DNA of 64,000 nucleotides from Methanosarcina barkeri (GTDB taxonomy: Archaea; Halobacteriota; Methanosarcinia; Methanosarcinales; Methanosarcinaceae), in contig CALCXE010000314.1 in the NCBI GenBank assembly GCA_937906725.1, positions 16,785-80,784 on the forward strand. The letters are read 5' to 3'. Below the pieces are notes generated by a model that was given only the letters and a program-made list of their open reading frames with translations, did not search any database and was not told where the DNA came from. The number at the start of each line of letters is the position of its first letter. Position 1 is the first letter of the stretch. Position numbers and translations under genes: made by a program. Positions 1-11,176 of this stretch are shown here, piece by piece.

Positions 1-1
1 G

Positions 2-889
2 TTTGATTCCGTTTATTCGGCAGTGTTAATGTCGGCTACACTCCGGCCCTTTGAAATGATAAAGTCCACGCTTGGCATCTCAAGGGAAGTAGAAGAGATT
101 TCCTACGGAACGGCATTTCCAATCGAAAGAAGGCTGACCCTCACGGTTTCCATCCCTCCCCTTTTTTCAAAGAACCGGGACAGCCCGGACACGCTTGAGA
201 ACGTGAAAGAAGCTCTGCTTGCAGCTACTATTTCGTCGCCTGGAAATGTGATTATTTACTTCCAGAGCTATGCCGAAGCACTCCGCTATACCAAACTCCT
301 TGAACCTGAACTTTCTATTCCCATTTTCCTTGATGAAACTGGGGTCTCAGCCCAGGAGATCCGAAAAGAATTCTTCAAAATAGGAGAGCGGGGAGGAAAA
401 GCTTTACTTATAACATATCTATGGGGAACATTAAGTGAAGGCGTTGATTTCAGAGATTCCAGGGGCAGAACAGTGATTATAGTGGGAGTCGGATACCCTG
501 CCCTGAATGACCGAATTAAGGCAGTTGAATCTGCTTATGATGCTGTTTTTGGCTCTGGGGATGGCTGGGAGTTTGCAGTCCAGGTACCTACAATTAGAAA
601 GGTCAGGCAGGCAATGGGGAGAGTAGTACGTTCTCCTGAAGACTACGGGGTAAGGATTCTCCTTGACTCACGCTATCAGGGGTCACAAATGCGTAAACTC
701 GGCAAATTTTCAGTTTTTGATTATTTCCCGCCTGAAGAAAAGAGAGAGTTCATCGACATTGCACCCAGGGACGTAGGAAGTCTCGTGGAAGAATTTTTTG
801 CGCATGTCACATCCACTAATCGCGAAAATGAGCCGGAGTCCGAGGCTTCAAGCCATGTGGATTTCGCAAGCCTTGCTGAAAAGCTTTGA
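2..889 (+). CDS. XPD/Rad3 (DinG-family) ATP-dependent DNA helicase, C-terminal part; 5' end lies outside the window
   Basis: Frame is open from base 2. SF2 helicase motifs: SATL, YFQSY, SEGVDF, VGYP and QAMGRVVRSPEDYG...LLDSRY. Confidence 0.9.
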   Translation, partial: FDSVYSAVLMSATLRPFEMIKSTLGISREVEEISYGTAFPIERRLTLTVSIPPLFSKNRDSPDTLENVKEALLAATISSPGNVIIYFQSYAEALRYTKLLEPELSIPIFLDETGVSAQEIRKEFFKIGERGGKALLITYLWGTLSEGVDFRDSRGRTVIIVGVGYPALNDRIKAVESAYDAVFGSGDGWEFAVQVPTIRKVRQAMGRVVRSPEDYGVRILLDSRYQGSQMRKLGKFSVFDYFPPEEKREFIDIAPRDVGSLVEEFFAHVTSTNRENEPESEASSHVDFASLAEKL

Positions 890-1160
890 ACTACTTCGAA
901 TTAACTAATAAAAATCGAATTGTTTATATTAACTATTTGAACTGTTTGATATCTCAAATCTACCTGGAACTCTATACTAACAATAATAAAAAGAGTTGCC
1001 TGTCATTCTTATTTGAACTTCAGGCACTGAACTACTTATTAAACAGGTTTTTGCAATCTATTTTCATGAAACTATTACTTACTTTATTTTTTTATTTATG
1101 TTACTTTACTTATATCTCTTATTTATTCTTTTACTTGTATCTTTTATTTATTTTTTTTAC

Positions 1161-3095
1161 TTATGTTACTTTTATATAATTGGCTCTTGTCTTCGTGCCA
1201 GTACCGGCTGTGTTACTTGCCTTAAGTGTTACTGAATAGTTTCCTGCTTTTGAATAAGTATGCCTTGGTTTCTGTAGTGTTGAGTAGTTTCCATCTCCAA
1301 AATTCCAGTTCCAGGCAGTAGGAATGTTTGTACTCGCGTCAGTAAAAGTGACAGTAAGTGGAGTCTTTCCTGAGGTTTGTGATCCCCAGAAGCTTGCAGC
1401 AGGGACTGTTGCATTTGTTGTATTATTCGCTGTTGCTTTTATGTAACTGGATTTCGTTGTCGTATTACTGCCTGCAGAGTTGCCTACTTTTAGCGTTACA
1501 CTATAACTTCCGGCTGTCGAATAAGTGTGTACAGGGTTCTGGATTGTTGAGTTCGTTCCGTCCCCAAAATTCCAGTTCCATGCTGTTGGCGAACCTGTAC
1601 TGCTGTCAGTAAAGGTTACACTCAGAGGCGTATTTCCGGAAGTTGGGGATGCCGAAAATGCAGCTGTCAGAGTCTGGGAAGAAGTCCCTGTGACAGTTAT
1701 ATATTTTAATTTTGTTAATGTAGAATTTCCTGCAGCATTATTTGCTGTCAGCTTTACTGTGTAGTTTCCTGATGTCGAATACATATGCTTAGGGTTCTGT
1801 ACTGTTGAATAGGTTCCATCCCCGAAACTCCAGTTCCATGCGGTAGGTGAACCTGTAGTATTATCCTTAAAAGTCACGTTAAGCGGCGCGTTCCCTGTTC
1901 TCGGAGATCCCCAGAAACTTACAACTGGCTTTGACGATGTTATTCCCACTGTAATATATCCAGTTTTTGTGACAGTGTTATTGCCTGCAGAGTTGCTTAC
2001 TGTAAGTGCCACCGTATAATTCCCTTGCGTAGAATAAGTGTGTGCTGGGTTCTGTTGGGTTGAAGTGGCTCCGTCCCCGAAATTCCACTTCCATGAAGTA
2101 GGCGAACCTGTACTGCTGTCAGTAAATGTCACGTTCAAAGGTGCATTTCCTGATATCAGGGATGCTGAAAATGCAGCAATCGGCTTTACGGTTTCGGATT
2201 TGGAAGTTACTAGAGGAAGGTTGTCAGAGTAGATGCTGCCTGTTATGTTTTTGTATGCAGAATCGGACATTCCGTCTCCATCTTTGTCTACTGCTGTATT
2301 GGAAAATCCTGTACCATCAGGTTTTCCCCAGAAGTTTCCTCCTATATACGGTCCGCCTACAATATTAGTACCTGCGGTTTTTTTGATGTTATAGGCATTT
2401 CCGATTCCGTTTCGAATAGTCACATTAGTATCATTGAAATAATTGTTGTAAATTTGATTATTGTCGCTTCTAGGACAGACATAAAGCCCGTAAACGTTGC
2501 TGTTTTCAACGGTGTTGCCTGAGAGTGTGTTGCCGTCTGAATTACCTATATGAATCCCACGACCGTTATTAAGGGCTATATTTCCTGAAAGGGTGTTGTC
2601 TGTAGCAGTCCCAAGTACAATTCCATAATCGTTGTTACTTGTAGCTGTATTCTTTGAGAGTTTGTCCCCTTTAGAGCGTAGGACATAAATTCCATAACAG
2701 TTGCTCAAAAGTTTGTTATTCTCGATTATGCAGTTACTGCACGAAGACAGACAGATTCCCGAATATCCGGATCGAGTAGCTCCCGTAATCTTAAATCCTG
2801 TTATTTTGATGTTGTCTCCCTGCAGGAGAAACACATTGCTTCCTGAACTTTTGGCTTTAATTACCGTATTATCAGGTTTTCCAGACTCTGAACGGATTGT
2901 AAGATTATTTTTAGTTACATTGATATTTTCAGTATAGGTTCCTGGTTTTACAGTAATTATATCGCCGGAAGACGAATCATTCACAGCTTTTTGGATAGAA
3001 TTTCCTGGCTGCACTATAATCTCAGCTGCAGCTCCGAGACCGGATATAAACAGTAAAATTAAAAAAGTAACTACCAGAGAGGTTAACGTTTTTAT
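1161..3095 (-). CDS. Secreted surface protein: NosD-type parallel beta-helix plus 4 PKD domains
   Basis: Signal peptide, beta-helix repeats, GGNFWGKPDGTGFS motif and PKD repeats (W-x-W-x-FGDG). The ORF track starts at 3173, but the GGAGG RBS sits 7 nt before an in-frame ATA at 3095, so the start is uncertain. Confidence 0.85.
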   Translation of the reverse strand: MKTLTSLVVTFLILLFISGLGAAAEIIVQPGNSIQKAVNDSSSGDIITVKPGTYTENINVTKNNLTIRSESGKPDNTVIKAKSSGSNVFLLQGDNIKITGFKITGATRSGYSGICLSSCSNCIIENNKLLSNCYGIYVLRSKGDKLSKNTATSNNDYGIVLGTATDNTLSGNIALNNGRGIHIGNSDGNTLSGNTVENSNVYGLYVCPRSDNNQIYNNYFNDTNVTIRNGIGNAYNIKKTAGTNIVGGPYIGGNFWGKPDGTGFSNTAVDKDGDGMSDSAYKNITGSIYSDNLPLVTSKSETVKPIAAFSASLISGNAPLNVTFTDSSTGSPTSWKWNFGDGATSTQQNPAHTYSTQGNYTVALTVSNSAGNNTVTKTGYITVGITSSKPVVSFWGSPRTGNAPLNVTFKDNTTGSPTAWNWSFGDGTYSTVQNPKHMYSTSGNYTVKLTANNAAGNSTLTKLKYITVTGTSSQTLTAAFSASPTSGNTPLSVTFTDSSTGSPTAWNWNFGDGTNSTIQNPVHTYSTAGSYSVTLKVGNSAGSNTTTKSSYIKATANNTTNATVPAASFWGSQTSGKTPLTVTFTDASTNIPTAWNWNFGDGNYSTLQKPRHTYSKAGNYSVTLKASNTAGTGTKTRANYIKVT

Positions 3096-3204
3096 TCCAA
3101 TTCCTCCATTTACTAAAAAAGTCTTAAATGAGCACTCATTGTAACTGAGCAAATGTTTACAATGAGCGCTCATTTGAATACACGAATATAGAGTATGCTT
3201 TTAT

Positions 3205-3546
3205 AAGTCGAAGCGTAAAACCCCTGAGTCTTTAGCTCAGGGGATATAAGCATCAACTTCGACAATATTCTTTTCGTCATGCTTTGACTTCATATAGACC
3301 ATCGAATAATCTAATGTTAGATAAAAGGTATGCGAAAACCAAGCAACCTTTTTCTAAGAGTCTACCATAAGGCGAAACTGGTCTTGAATAAACACATCGT
3401 ATCAAGCTTGTATTCATGTAAAGCCGAAACGAGCGAATGAACGAGACTCAGTAGGATAGGGACTATCCGAATTCACGCTCATGGAGATGCCGATGGTCAT
3501 CTATGAAGTGAGAAGCTACTCAGTCTTTAGCTGAGTGGTAGTTCAC
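3205..3546 (+). mobile_element. Non-autonomous, internally deleted IS200/IS605-family (tnpB-type) element
   Basis: Related subterminal hairpins CCCCTGAG-tctttag-CTCAGGGG (3221-3243) and CTACTCAG-tctttag-CTGAGTGG (3516-3538). TTTAT lies on the left and TTCAC at the right end. There is a degraded TnpB-like N-terminus from ATG 3330 and a tnpB-like 3' end (VG*GLSEFTLME). Confidence 0.8.
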
Positions 3547-4162
3547 TCAAAGAACTAATCTACCTGATGCAAAATTTTTCAGATAAAATCACTTTAGCTT
3601 GAAGAAAATGAGTATAAATTAATATAAATATTCTCATTATCTTTTATTTTTTATATAACTAGTGATTGATAAAAAATTTCCTAGTCTTAACTTGCATTTA
3701 AGATGTTGTTTAAACCTGTGTGCTTCAATTAAACATTTACTTTTAATTTGATTAATACACTTTTTACATGACAACTGCAGGTTGATTATACTATGGATAG
3801 TAAATTAATCTCAAACACAAGCATTAATTTTCAAGATACCATCTTGAATTAAGAGCAGGAATAATAAGTTAGAAGTGACAAAAAATTAACGGTGTACAAA
3901 AACTAATACAAAGACTAAAATTCTTGGCTATTAGTTTCCATATAAAACCTTATAGAACAAAAATAAAACGTAATCAATAGCCGGTGATTACAGGGACTAA
4001 CTCAGAGAGTCCTGTTTCAGTAATCCTATTAAAGAAGGCTATTGATTTTTTTCCAAGTTGAATAGTTTTTTATTCGCTTTTTAAAATGGTTAGCTTTTGA
4101 GAACCGGATTAACCTGCTATCAGATCAGTAAAACTGATTTTTATAGCACGTTCAGTCCTTTG

Positions 4163-6703
4163 TCATTTTGTCACTTTTATATAATTCCATTTTGTTTTTG
4201 TACTACTTCCTGCTGCATTTGTTGCTGTAAGTTTAACCGTGTAAGTTCCTGCAGCTGAATATGTGTGTGTTGGACTTTTTTGTGTTGAGTATGTTCCATC
4301 TCCAAAATTCCATTTCCAGGAAGTTGGCGATCCTTTACTGGTCTCTGTGAATGTAACCTTTAACGGTACTTTTCCTGAGAGTGGCCATCCCCAGAAATCT
4401 GCAGTTGGGGCTTGAGAGGTTCCTGACACTTTTATATAATTCGATTTCGTTTTTGTAGTACTTCCTGCTGCGTTTGTTGCTGTAAGTTTAACCGTGTAGG
4501 TTCCTGCAGCTGAATATGTGTGTGTTGGACTCTTTTGTGTTGAGTATGTCCCATCTCCAAAATCCCATCTCCAGGAAGTTGGCGATCCTTTGCTAGTCTC
4601 CGTAAATGTTACCTTTAGTGGAACATTTCCTGAAAGTGGAGAACCCCAGAAGTCCGCAACCGGAGTTTGTGAAGTTGCTGTCACTATTATATACTTTGAT
4701 TTTGTTAGCGTATTACTGCCTACCGCATTCGTTACTGTAAGTTTAACAGTATATTTCCCTGTTTTGGAATACTTATGCGTTGGATTCTGCAAGGTTGACG
4801 ATGTTCCGTCTCCAAAATCCCATTTCCATTTAGTAGGTTTTCCTGTACTTTTGTCAGTAAATTTAACGCTTAAAGGTGCATTTCCTGATTTTGGAGATGC
4901 ATAAAATACAGCAGATGGAGTTTGGGAGGTTGTTGTAACGGTTACATACTTTGATTTTGTTGCTGTACTACTGCCTGCTGCATTTGTTACTGTAAGTTTG
5001 ACAGTATATTTTCCGGCTTTAGAGTACTTATGAGTTGGACTTTTGGCTGTTGAACTTGTTCCGTCTCCAAAACTCCACTTCCATTTAGTGGGTTTTCCTG
5101 TACTTTTATCAGTAAATTTAACGCTTAAAGGTGCATTTCCTAATTTTGGAGATGCATAAAACACAGCAGTTGGAGCTTGGGAAGTTGTTGTGACAGTTAT
5201 ATACTTTGATTTTGTTGCAGTGTTACTACCTGCAGCATTCGTTACTGTAAGTTTAACAGTATATTTTCCCGTTTTGGAATACTTATGCGTTGGGTTCTGA
5301 GATGTTGAACTTGTTCCGTCTCCAAAATCCCATTTCCATTTAGTAGGTTTTCCTGTACTTTTGTCAGTAAATTTAACGCTTAAAGGTGCATTTCCTGATT
5401 TTGGAGATGCATAAAATACAGCAGATGGAGTTTGGGAGGTTGTTGTAACGGTTATATACTTTGATTTTGTTGCTGTACTACTGCCTACCGCATTCGTTAC
5501 TGTAAGTTTAACAGTATATTTCCCTGTTTTGGAATACTTATGCGTTGGATTCTGCAAGGTTGAATATGTTCCATCTCCGAAATCCCATTTCCATTTAGTG
5601 GGTTTTCCTGTACTTTTATCAGTAAATTTAACGCTTAAAGGTGCATTTCCTGATTTTGGAGATACATAAAACGTAGCAACAGGACTTTTTGAGTTTTGTA
5701 CTTGAACAGAACCTATAAACTTCCCAAAGGCAACGGGTTCTTTTCCTACCTTCACTGTTGCTGTAACCTTGTTTGTAGCTGTACTGATTACGGAAATAGT
5801 ATTACTTTCTTCGTTCGCCACGTATACCTTTGTTCCCTCCGGGTTGATTGAGATTCCTAAAGGGTAACTCCCCACTTTTACTGTTGCTGTAACTTTGTTT
5901 GTTGCGGTATTAATAACAGAGACTGTGCTGTCCCCATAATTTGTTACATATACTTTTGTTCCTGCCGGGTTAATTGCAACTCCCCATGGATATTTTCCTA
6001 CAGGCACCGTGGCTGTAACCTTATTTGTGGCTGTGTCGATAACAGATACATCGTGTTCGTTCGTCACATATACCTTTGTTCCTGCCGGATTAACCGCAAC
6101 TCCGGTAGGGAGATCTCCTACTTTTATTGTGGCTGTAACCTTGTTTGTAGCTGCGTTAATTACAGAAACAGTGTTATCGAGGTTATTTACCACATATACC
6201 TTTGTTCCCACCGGATTTACTGCAATTCCGTAAGGATAATTCCCTACCTTTATTGTAGCTGTAACCTTGTTGCTTGCAGTGTCAATTACCGAGACAGTAC
6301 CACTGCCCTCGTTTGCCACATACATCTTCGTTCCCTCAGGGTTTACTGCAACTCCCCAGGGATTAGAGCCTACTTTCACCTTTGCTGTAACCTTGTTTGT
6401 GGCTGTATCAATAACAGAGACAGCATCGTTGACATCGCTTGCTACATATACCTTAGTTCCCTTTGGGTTTACTGCAACACCGTATGGATTGGATCCTACA
6501 TTCACGGTGGCTGTAACCTTATTTTTAGCTGTATCAATTACAGACACTGTAGTGGTTCCACTATTCGTAATATATGCGTATTTAGCTGTGTTAGAATTAC
6601 TCTGTGTAGTAGTTGCCGATGTAGTAGATAACGTTAAAATTAAAAATAAAACAATGGCTGTTGAAGCTAAGGCTACTGAACACAATTTTTTGTTCATTTT
6701 CAT
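4163..6703 (-). CDS. Surface protein: YVTN beta-propeller plus 6 PKD domains
   Basis: Signal peptide, seven YVTN-type blades, PKD repeats. Confidence 0.92.
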   Translation of the reverse strand: MKMNKKLCSVALASTAIVLFLILTLSTTSATTTQSNSNTAKYAYITNSGTTTVSVIDTAKNKVTATVNVGSNPYGVAVNPKGTKVYVASDVNDAVSVIDTATNKVTAKVKVGSNPWGVAVNPEGTKMYVANEGSGTVSVIDTASNKVTATIKVGNYPYGIAVNPVGTKVYVVNNLDNTVSVINAATNKVTATIKVGDLPTGVAVNPAGTKVYVTNEHDVSVIDTATNKVTATVPVGKYPWGVAINPAGTKVYVTNYGDSTVSVINTATNKVTATVKVGSYPLGISINPEGTKVYVANEESNTISVISTATNKVTATVKVGKEPVAFGKFIGSVQVQNSKSPVATFYVSPKSGNAPLSVKFTDKSTGKPTKWKWDFGDGTYSTLQNPTHKYSKTGKYTVKLTVTNAVGSSTATKSKYITVTTTSQTPSAVFYASPKSGNAPLSVKFTDKSTGKPTKWKWDFGDGTSSTSQNPTHKYSKTGKYTVKLTVTNAAGSNTATKSKYITVTTTSQAPTAVFYASPKLGNAPLSVKFTDKSTGKPTKWKWSFGDGTSSTAKSPTHKYSKAGKYTVKLTVTNAAGSSTATKSKYVTVTTTSQTPSAVFYASPKSGNAPLSVKFTDKSTGKPTKWKWDFGDGTSSTLQNPTHKYSKTGKYTVKLTVTNAVGSNTLTKSKYIIVTATSQTPVADFWGSPLSGNVPLKVTFTETSKGSPTSWRWDFGDGTYSTQKSPTHTYSAAGTYTVKLTATNAAGSTTKTKSNYIKVSGTSQAPTADFWGWPLSGKVPLKVTFTETSKGSPTSWKWNFGDGTYSTQKSPTHTYSAAGTYTVKLTATNAAGSSTKTKWNYIKVTK

Positions 6704-7858
6704 TGTCTTACTCCGTTACATTTAGTCCTACAGCCAGCAGGTGAATTTGTTTTCCAAATATTTTTACTGATAACGTTTTTGGGAACTTGTATTCAACTCT
6801 ATCCCAAAAGATTGTAATAATGGCCTATTATTTTTTTATTATAATGTTTGGGCAATATGTTAACATTGTTAAACACAGGACAAACTAATAGGATATCTGA
6901 AAAACGCCATCCTGGTACCCTCTTCAGTTCAGGGAAAGATACTCTAACTAAAAACCTAGAATCATTTTTTTCATATATTTTGAAGGACAAACTGGTTTCT
7001 TAATACATTTTTAGTCTTAATGTTTCTAGTCTTAGTTTATTTGTATACTTGAGTAAATTTTAACTTAATAAATATGTGTGATCTGTTTTTCCATAAAATT
7101 TGAAGAGAATACTTATCCTGAAAAACATTCAAATATCAATGCCGAGCTGCCGAATACGGGTTTTATTGTTCTAAAACTCAGTTCCATTATGTAGTGATTT
7201 TTATTTTACTTTTAATTGATAGATTGAACAGGAATTTAAAATCGTGAAAATTGGGATGTAGCTACAGACAATCTGCAAATCTAATAAAAATTATTAAGTA
7301 CCAAACTTTTTTAGTTCAATTTTGGCATCATTATGTCTTAAATTCGCCAACTTCCGGCACTTATATCTTCACATTCTCTTACGAAATAACCGTTATAAAG
7401 ACTCTCGTTATATCGATTATATGTTAGATCTGAATGTGGAATATATCTATTTTTATCCCACGATTTCTGATTCATTCTATATTAAATACTTTATATTAAA
7501 AAGTTTCTAATTCTTGTCCAAAAATTTAATTTTTGGTCACAATTTTTGTTTTATGTGCTGCTTTATGCGGCTTTATACTATAAAACCAAATTCGGCTGAA
7601 TTTACAAGAAAAACTCGCTTCTCAGTCTCGTTTTTGTTGCAAAAATATGAAAGCAGGATTTAAATATTCATATGAATTCAAAAAAGTGTAAATCAATAAA
7701 GTTTAAGAGGCTAATGAACAATCATTTGCACGACGCTCTGAGATTTTACAGATTAACTGAATATAACTCTCCCTATTAGGTTTAATTAATGAACCCCACT
7801 CCTCTCTACCTTTAAATTTTTAATCTACTTTTAAACCTCAAAGCTTATTTTTTAGATA

Positions 7859-10800
7859 TTACAATGTTACTTTTACGTACTTGTATTTGGTTTTCGTGCT
7901 ACTTCCTGCTGCATTTGTTGCTGTAAGTTTAACCGTATAATTTCCTGCAGCTGAATATTTATGCTTTGGACTCTTTTCCGTTGAAAATTTACCATCTCCG
8001 AAATCCCATTTCCATGAAGTTGGGGATCCTGTGCTGGTCTCAGTAAACGCTACCTCTAGTGCTGCTTTTCCTGAAAGCGGCCATCCCCAGAAATCCGCAA
8101 CAGGAGCCTTTGAAGTTGCTGTCACTGTTATATAATTCGATTTAGCGACCGTGTTACTTCCAGCTGTATTACTTGCTGTCAGTGTTACTGTGTATTTTCC
8201 TGCGGTCGAATATATATGCGTTGGATTCTGAATTGTTGAATATGTTCCATCTCCAAAATTCCATTTCCATGAAGTTGGGGACCCTGTGCTGGTGTCAGTA
8301 AAGGTAACACTTAACGGTGCATTTCCTGAGTTTGCATTGCTGCTGAAACTAGCAACTGGAATTTGGGAAGCTTCTGACACTTTTACGTAATTCGATTTTG
8401 TTTTTGTGTTACTTCCTGCTGTATTTATTGCTGTAAGTTTAACCGTGTAAGTTCCTGCAGCTGAATATGTGTGTACCGGACTCTTTTGTGTTGAGTATGT
8501 CCCATCTCCGAAATCCCATCTCCACTTCGTTGGCGATCCTTTGCTTGCCTCTGTAAATGTAACCTTTAGTGGAGCTTTTCCTGAGAGTGGGGAACCCCAG
8601 AAATCCGCAACAGGAGCCTTTGAAGTTGCTGTTACTGTTATATAGTTTGATTTTGTTGCCGTGTTGCTACCTGCAGAATTGATCGCTGTCAGTGTTACTG
8701 TGTATTTTCCTGCAGCTGAATACTTATGGGTTGGATTCCTGGCTGTTGACGATGTTCCGTCTCCAAAGTTCCACTTCCACGAAGTTGGACTATTGGTACT
8801 CTTGTCAGTAAAGGTAACACTCAAAGGTAAATTTCCTGACGTAGGAGATGCAGAGAATGCAGCAACAGGTTTTGTAACGGATATCACAGTTATGTAATTT
8901 GTTTTTATTTCCGTATCTTTACCTGCTGCGTTACTTACCGTCTCTTTCACAGTGTAAGTTCCGGCTTTTGAGTATGTGTGCGTTGGATTATACTCAGTTA
9001 CCAGGTCAGATCCGTCCCCAAAATTCCATTTCCAGGAAGTCGGAGAACCTGTGCTCTTATCAGTAAACTGCACTTTTAATGGAATATTTCCTGATACTGG
9101 AGATCCTACGAAGTTTGCATCGGGAATTTTTGAAGCTTCTGTTACTGTTATATAATTCGTCTTTATTTCCGTATCTTTACCTGCTGAGTTACTTACCGTC
9201 TCTTTAACCGTATAAGTTCCGGCTTTTGAGTACGTATGCGTTGGATTATATTCAGTTACCAGGTCAGATCCGTCTCCAAAGTTCCATTTCCATGCCGTTG
9301 GACTGTTAGTACTCTTGTCAGTAAACTGTACCTTAAGTGGAAAACTTCCTAATACTGGAGATCCTACGAAGTCTGCATCAGGGATTTTTGAAGCTTCTGT
9401 TACTGTTATGTAATTTGTTTTTATTTCCGTATCTTTACCTGCTGCGTTACTTACCGTCTCTTTCACAGTGTAAGTTCCGGCTTTTGAGTATGTGTGCGTT
9501 GGATTATACTCAGTTACCAGGTCAGATCCGTCCCCAAAATTCCATTTCCATGCCGTTGGACTATTAGTACTCTTATCAGTAAACTGCACTTTCAACGGAG
9601 AACTTCCTGATACTGGAGACCCAACAAAGTTTGCATCGGGAACTTTTGAAGTTTCTGTTACTGTTATATAATTTGTTTTTATTTCCGTATCTTTACCTGC
9701 AGCATTACTCACCGTCTCTTTCACAGTATAAGTTCCGGCTTTTGAGTACGTATGCGTTGGATTATATTCAGTTACCAGGTCAGATCCGTCTCCAAAGTTC
9801 CATTTCCATGCCGTTGGACTGTTAGTACTCTTGTCAGTAAACTGTACCTTAAGTGGAAAACTTCCTAATACTGGAGATCCTACGAAGTCTGCATCAGGGA
9901 TTTTTGAAGCTTCTGTTACTGTTATGTAATTTGTTTTTATTTCCGTATCTTTACCTGCTGCGTTACTTACCGTCTCTTTCACAGTGTAAGTTCCGGCTTT
10001 TGAATAAGTGTGCGTTGGATTATATTCAGTTACCAGGTCAGATCCGTCTCCGAAGTTCCATTTCCAGGAAGTCGGGGAACCTGTACTCTTATCAGTAAAC
10101 TGCACCTTAAGTGGAAAACTTCCTGATATTGGAGATCCTACGAAGTCTGCATCAGGAACTATTGGGTTTTGCACAGAAATGGAACCTATAAACTTCCCAA
10201 AGGCAACAGGCTCTTTTCCAACAGTTATCGTGGCTGTGACCTTATTTGTAGCTGTGTCGATTACGGAGATAGTATTACTTTCTTCGTTCGCCACGTATAC
10301 TTTTGTTCCCTCAGGATTGATTGCAACTCCTAAAGGATAACTTCCCACTTTTACTGTTGCTGTAACTTTGTTTGTTGCGGTATCAATAACAGAGACTGTG
10401 CTGTCCCCATAATTTGTTACATATACTTTTGTTCCTGCCGGGTTAATTGCAACTCCCCATGGATATTTTCCTACAGGCACCGTGGCTGTAACCTTATTTG
10501 TGGCTGTGTCGATAACAGATACATCGTGTTCGTTCGTCACATATACCTTTGTTCCTGCCGGATTAACCGCAACTCCGGTAGGGAGATCTCCTACCTTTAT
10601 TGTGGCTGTTACCTTGTTTGTAGCTGTGTCGATTACAGAAACAGTGTTATCAAGGTCATTTACCGCATACACCTTTGTTCCCGCCGGATTTACTGCAACT
10701 CCGTAAGGATAATTTCCTACTTTTACTGTAGCTGTAACCTTGTTGCTTGCAGTGTCAATTACTGAGACAGTACCACTGCCCTCGTTTGCCACATATACTT

Positions 10801-11176
10801 TTGTTCCGTCAGAGTTTACTGCAACTCCCCAGGGATCGGAGCCTACAGGTACCGTGGCTGTAACTTTATTTGTGGCTGTGTCAATAACAGAGACCGCATC
10901 GTTGACATCGCTTGCTACATATACCTTAGTTCCCTTCGGGTTTACTGCAACTCCATATGGATTGGATCCTACATTTACAGTGGCTGTAACCTTATTTGTA
11001 GCTGTATCAATTACAGAGACTGTAGTGTCCCCACTATTCGTAATATATGCGTACTTAGCCGTGTTAGAAGTACTCTGTGCAGTAGCTGCCGATGCAGTAG
11101 ATAACGTTAAAATTAAAAATAAAACAATGGCTGTTGAAGCTAAGGCTACTGAACACAATTTTTTGTTCATTTTCAT
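7859..11176 (-). CDS. Surface protein: YVTN beta-propeller plus 9 PKD domains
   Basis: N-terminus nearly identical to 4163..6703. Five near-identical 86-aa PKD units followed by four others. Confidence 0.92.
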   Translation of the reverse strand: MKMNKKLCSVALASTAIVLFLILTLSTASAATAQSTSNTAKYAYITNSGDTTVSVIDTATNKVTATVNVGSNPYGVAVNPKGTKVYVASDVNDAVSVIDTATNKVTATVPVGSDPWGVAVNSDGTKVYVANEGSGTVSVIDTASNKVTATVKVGNYPYGVAVNPAGTKVYAVNDLDNTVSVIDTATNKVTATIKVGDLPTGVAVNPAGTKVYVTNEHDVSVIDTATNKVTATVPVGKYPWGVAINPAGTKVYVTNYGDSTVSVIDTATNKVTATVKVGSYPLGVAINPEGTKVYVANEESNTISVIDTATNKVTATITVGKEPVAFGKFIGSISVQNPIVPDADFVGSPISGSFPLKVQFTDKSTGSPTSWKWNFGDGSDLVTEYNPTHTYSKAGTYTVKETVSNAAGKDTEIKTNYITVTEASKIPDADFVGSPVLGSFPLKVQFTDKSTNSPTAWKWNFGDGSDLVTEYNPTHTYSKAGTYTVKETVSNAAGKDTEIKTNYITVTETSKVPDANFVGSPVSGSSPLKVQFTDKSTNSPTAWKWNFGDGSDLVTEYNPTHTYSKAGTYTVKETVSNAAGKDTEIKTNYITVTEASKIPDADFVGSPVLGSFPLKVQFTDKSTNSPTAWKWNFGDGSDLVTEYNPTHTYSKAGTYTVKETVSNSAGKDTEIKTNYITVTEASKIPDANFVGSPVSGNIPLKVQFTDKSTGSPTSWKWNFGDGSDLVTEYNPTHTYSKAGTYTVKETVSNAAGKDTEIKTNYITVISVTKPVAAFSASPTSGNLPLSVTFTDKSTNSPTSWKWNFGDGTSSTARNPTHKYSAAGKYTVTLTAINSAGSNTATKSNYITVTATSKAPVADFWGSPLSGKAPLKVTFTEASKGSPTKWRWDFGDGTYSTQKSPVHTYSAAGTYTVKLTAINTAGSNTKTKSNYVKVSEASQIPVASFSSNANSGNAPLSVTFTDTSTGSPTSWKWNFGDGTYSTIQNPTHIYSTAGKYTVTLTASNTAGSNTVAKSNYITVTATSKAPVADFWGWPLSGKAALEVAFTETSTGSPTSWKWDFGDGKFSTEKSPKHKYSAAGNYTVKLTATNAAGSSTKTKYKYVKVTL
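8890..10160. repeat. Intragenic 258-bp tandem repeats (5 acidic PKD units)
   Basis: GSDLVTEYNPTHTYSKAGTYTVKETVSN(A/S)AGKDTEIKTNY recurs every 258 bp with near-identical DNA. Confidence 0.9.

Noticed and set aside
886-1179. 97-aa ORF after the helicase
   Set aside because: Low-complexity T-rich region between convergent genes.
7706-7740. Possible back-to-back IS ends (AGAGGCTAATGAACAAT / ATTTGCACGACGCTCT), and weak inverted ends near 4010-4110 and 15072
   Set aside because: The matches are too short or degenerate to support without a database search.
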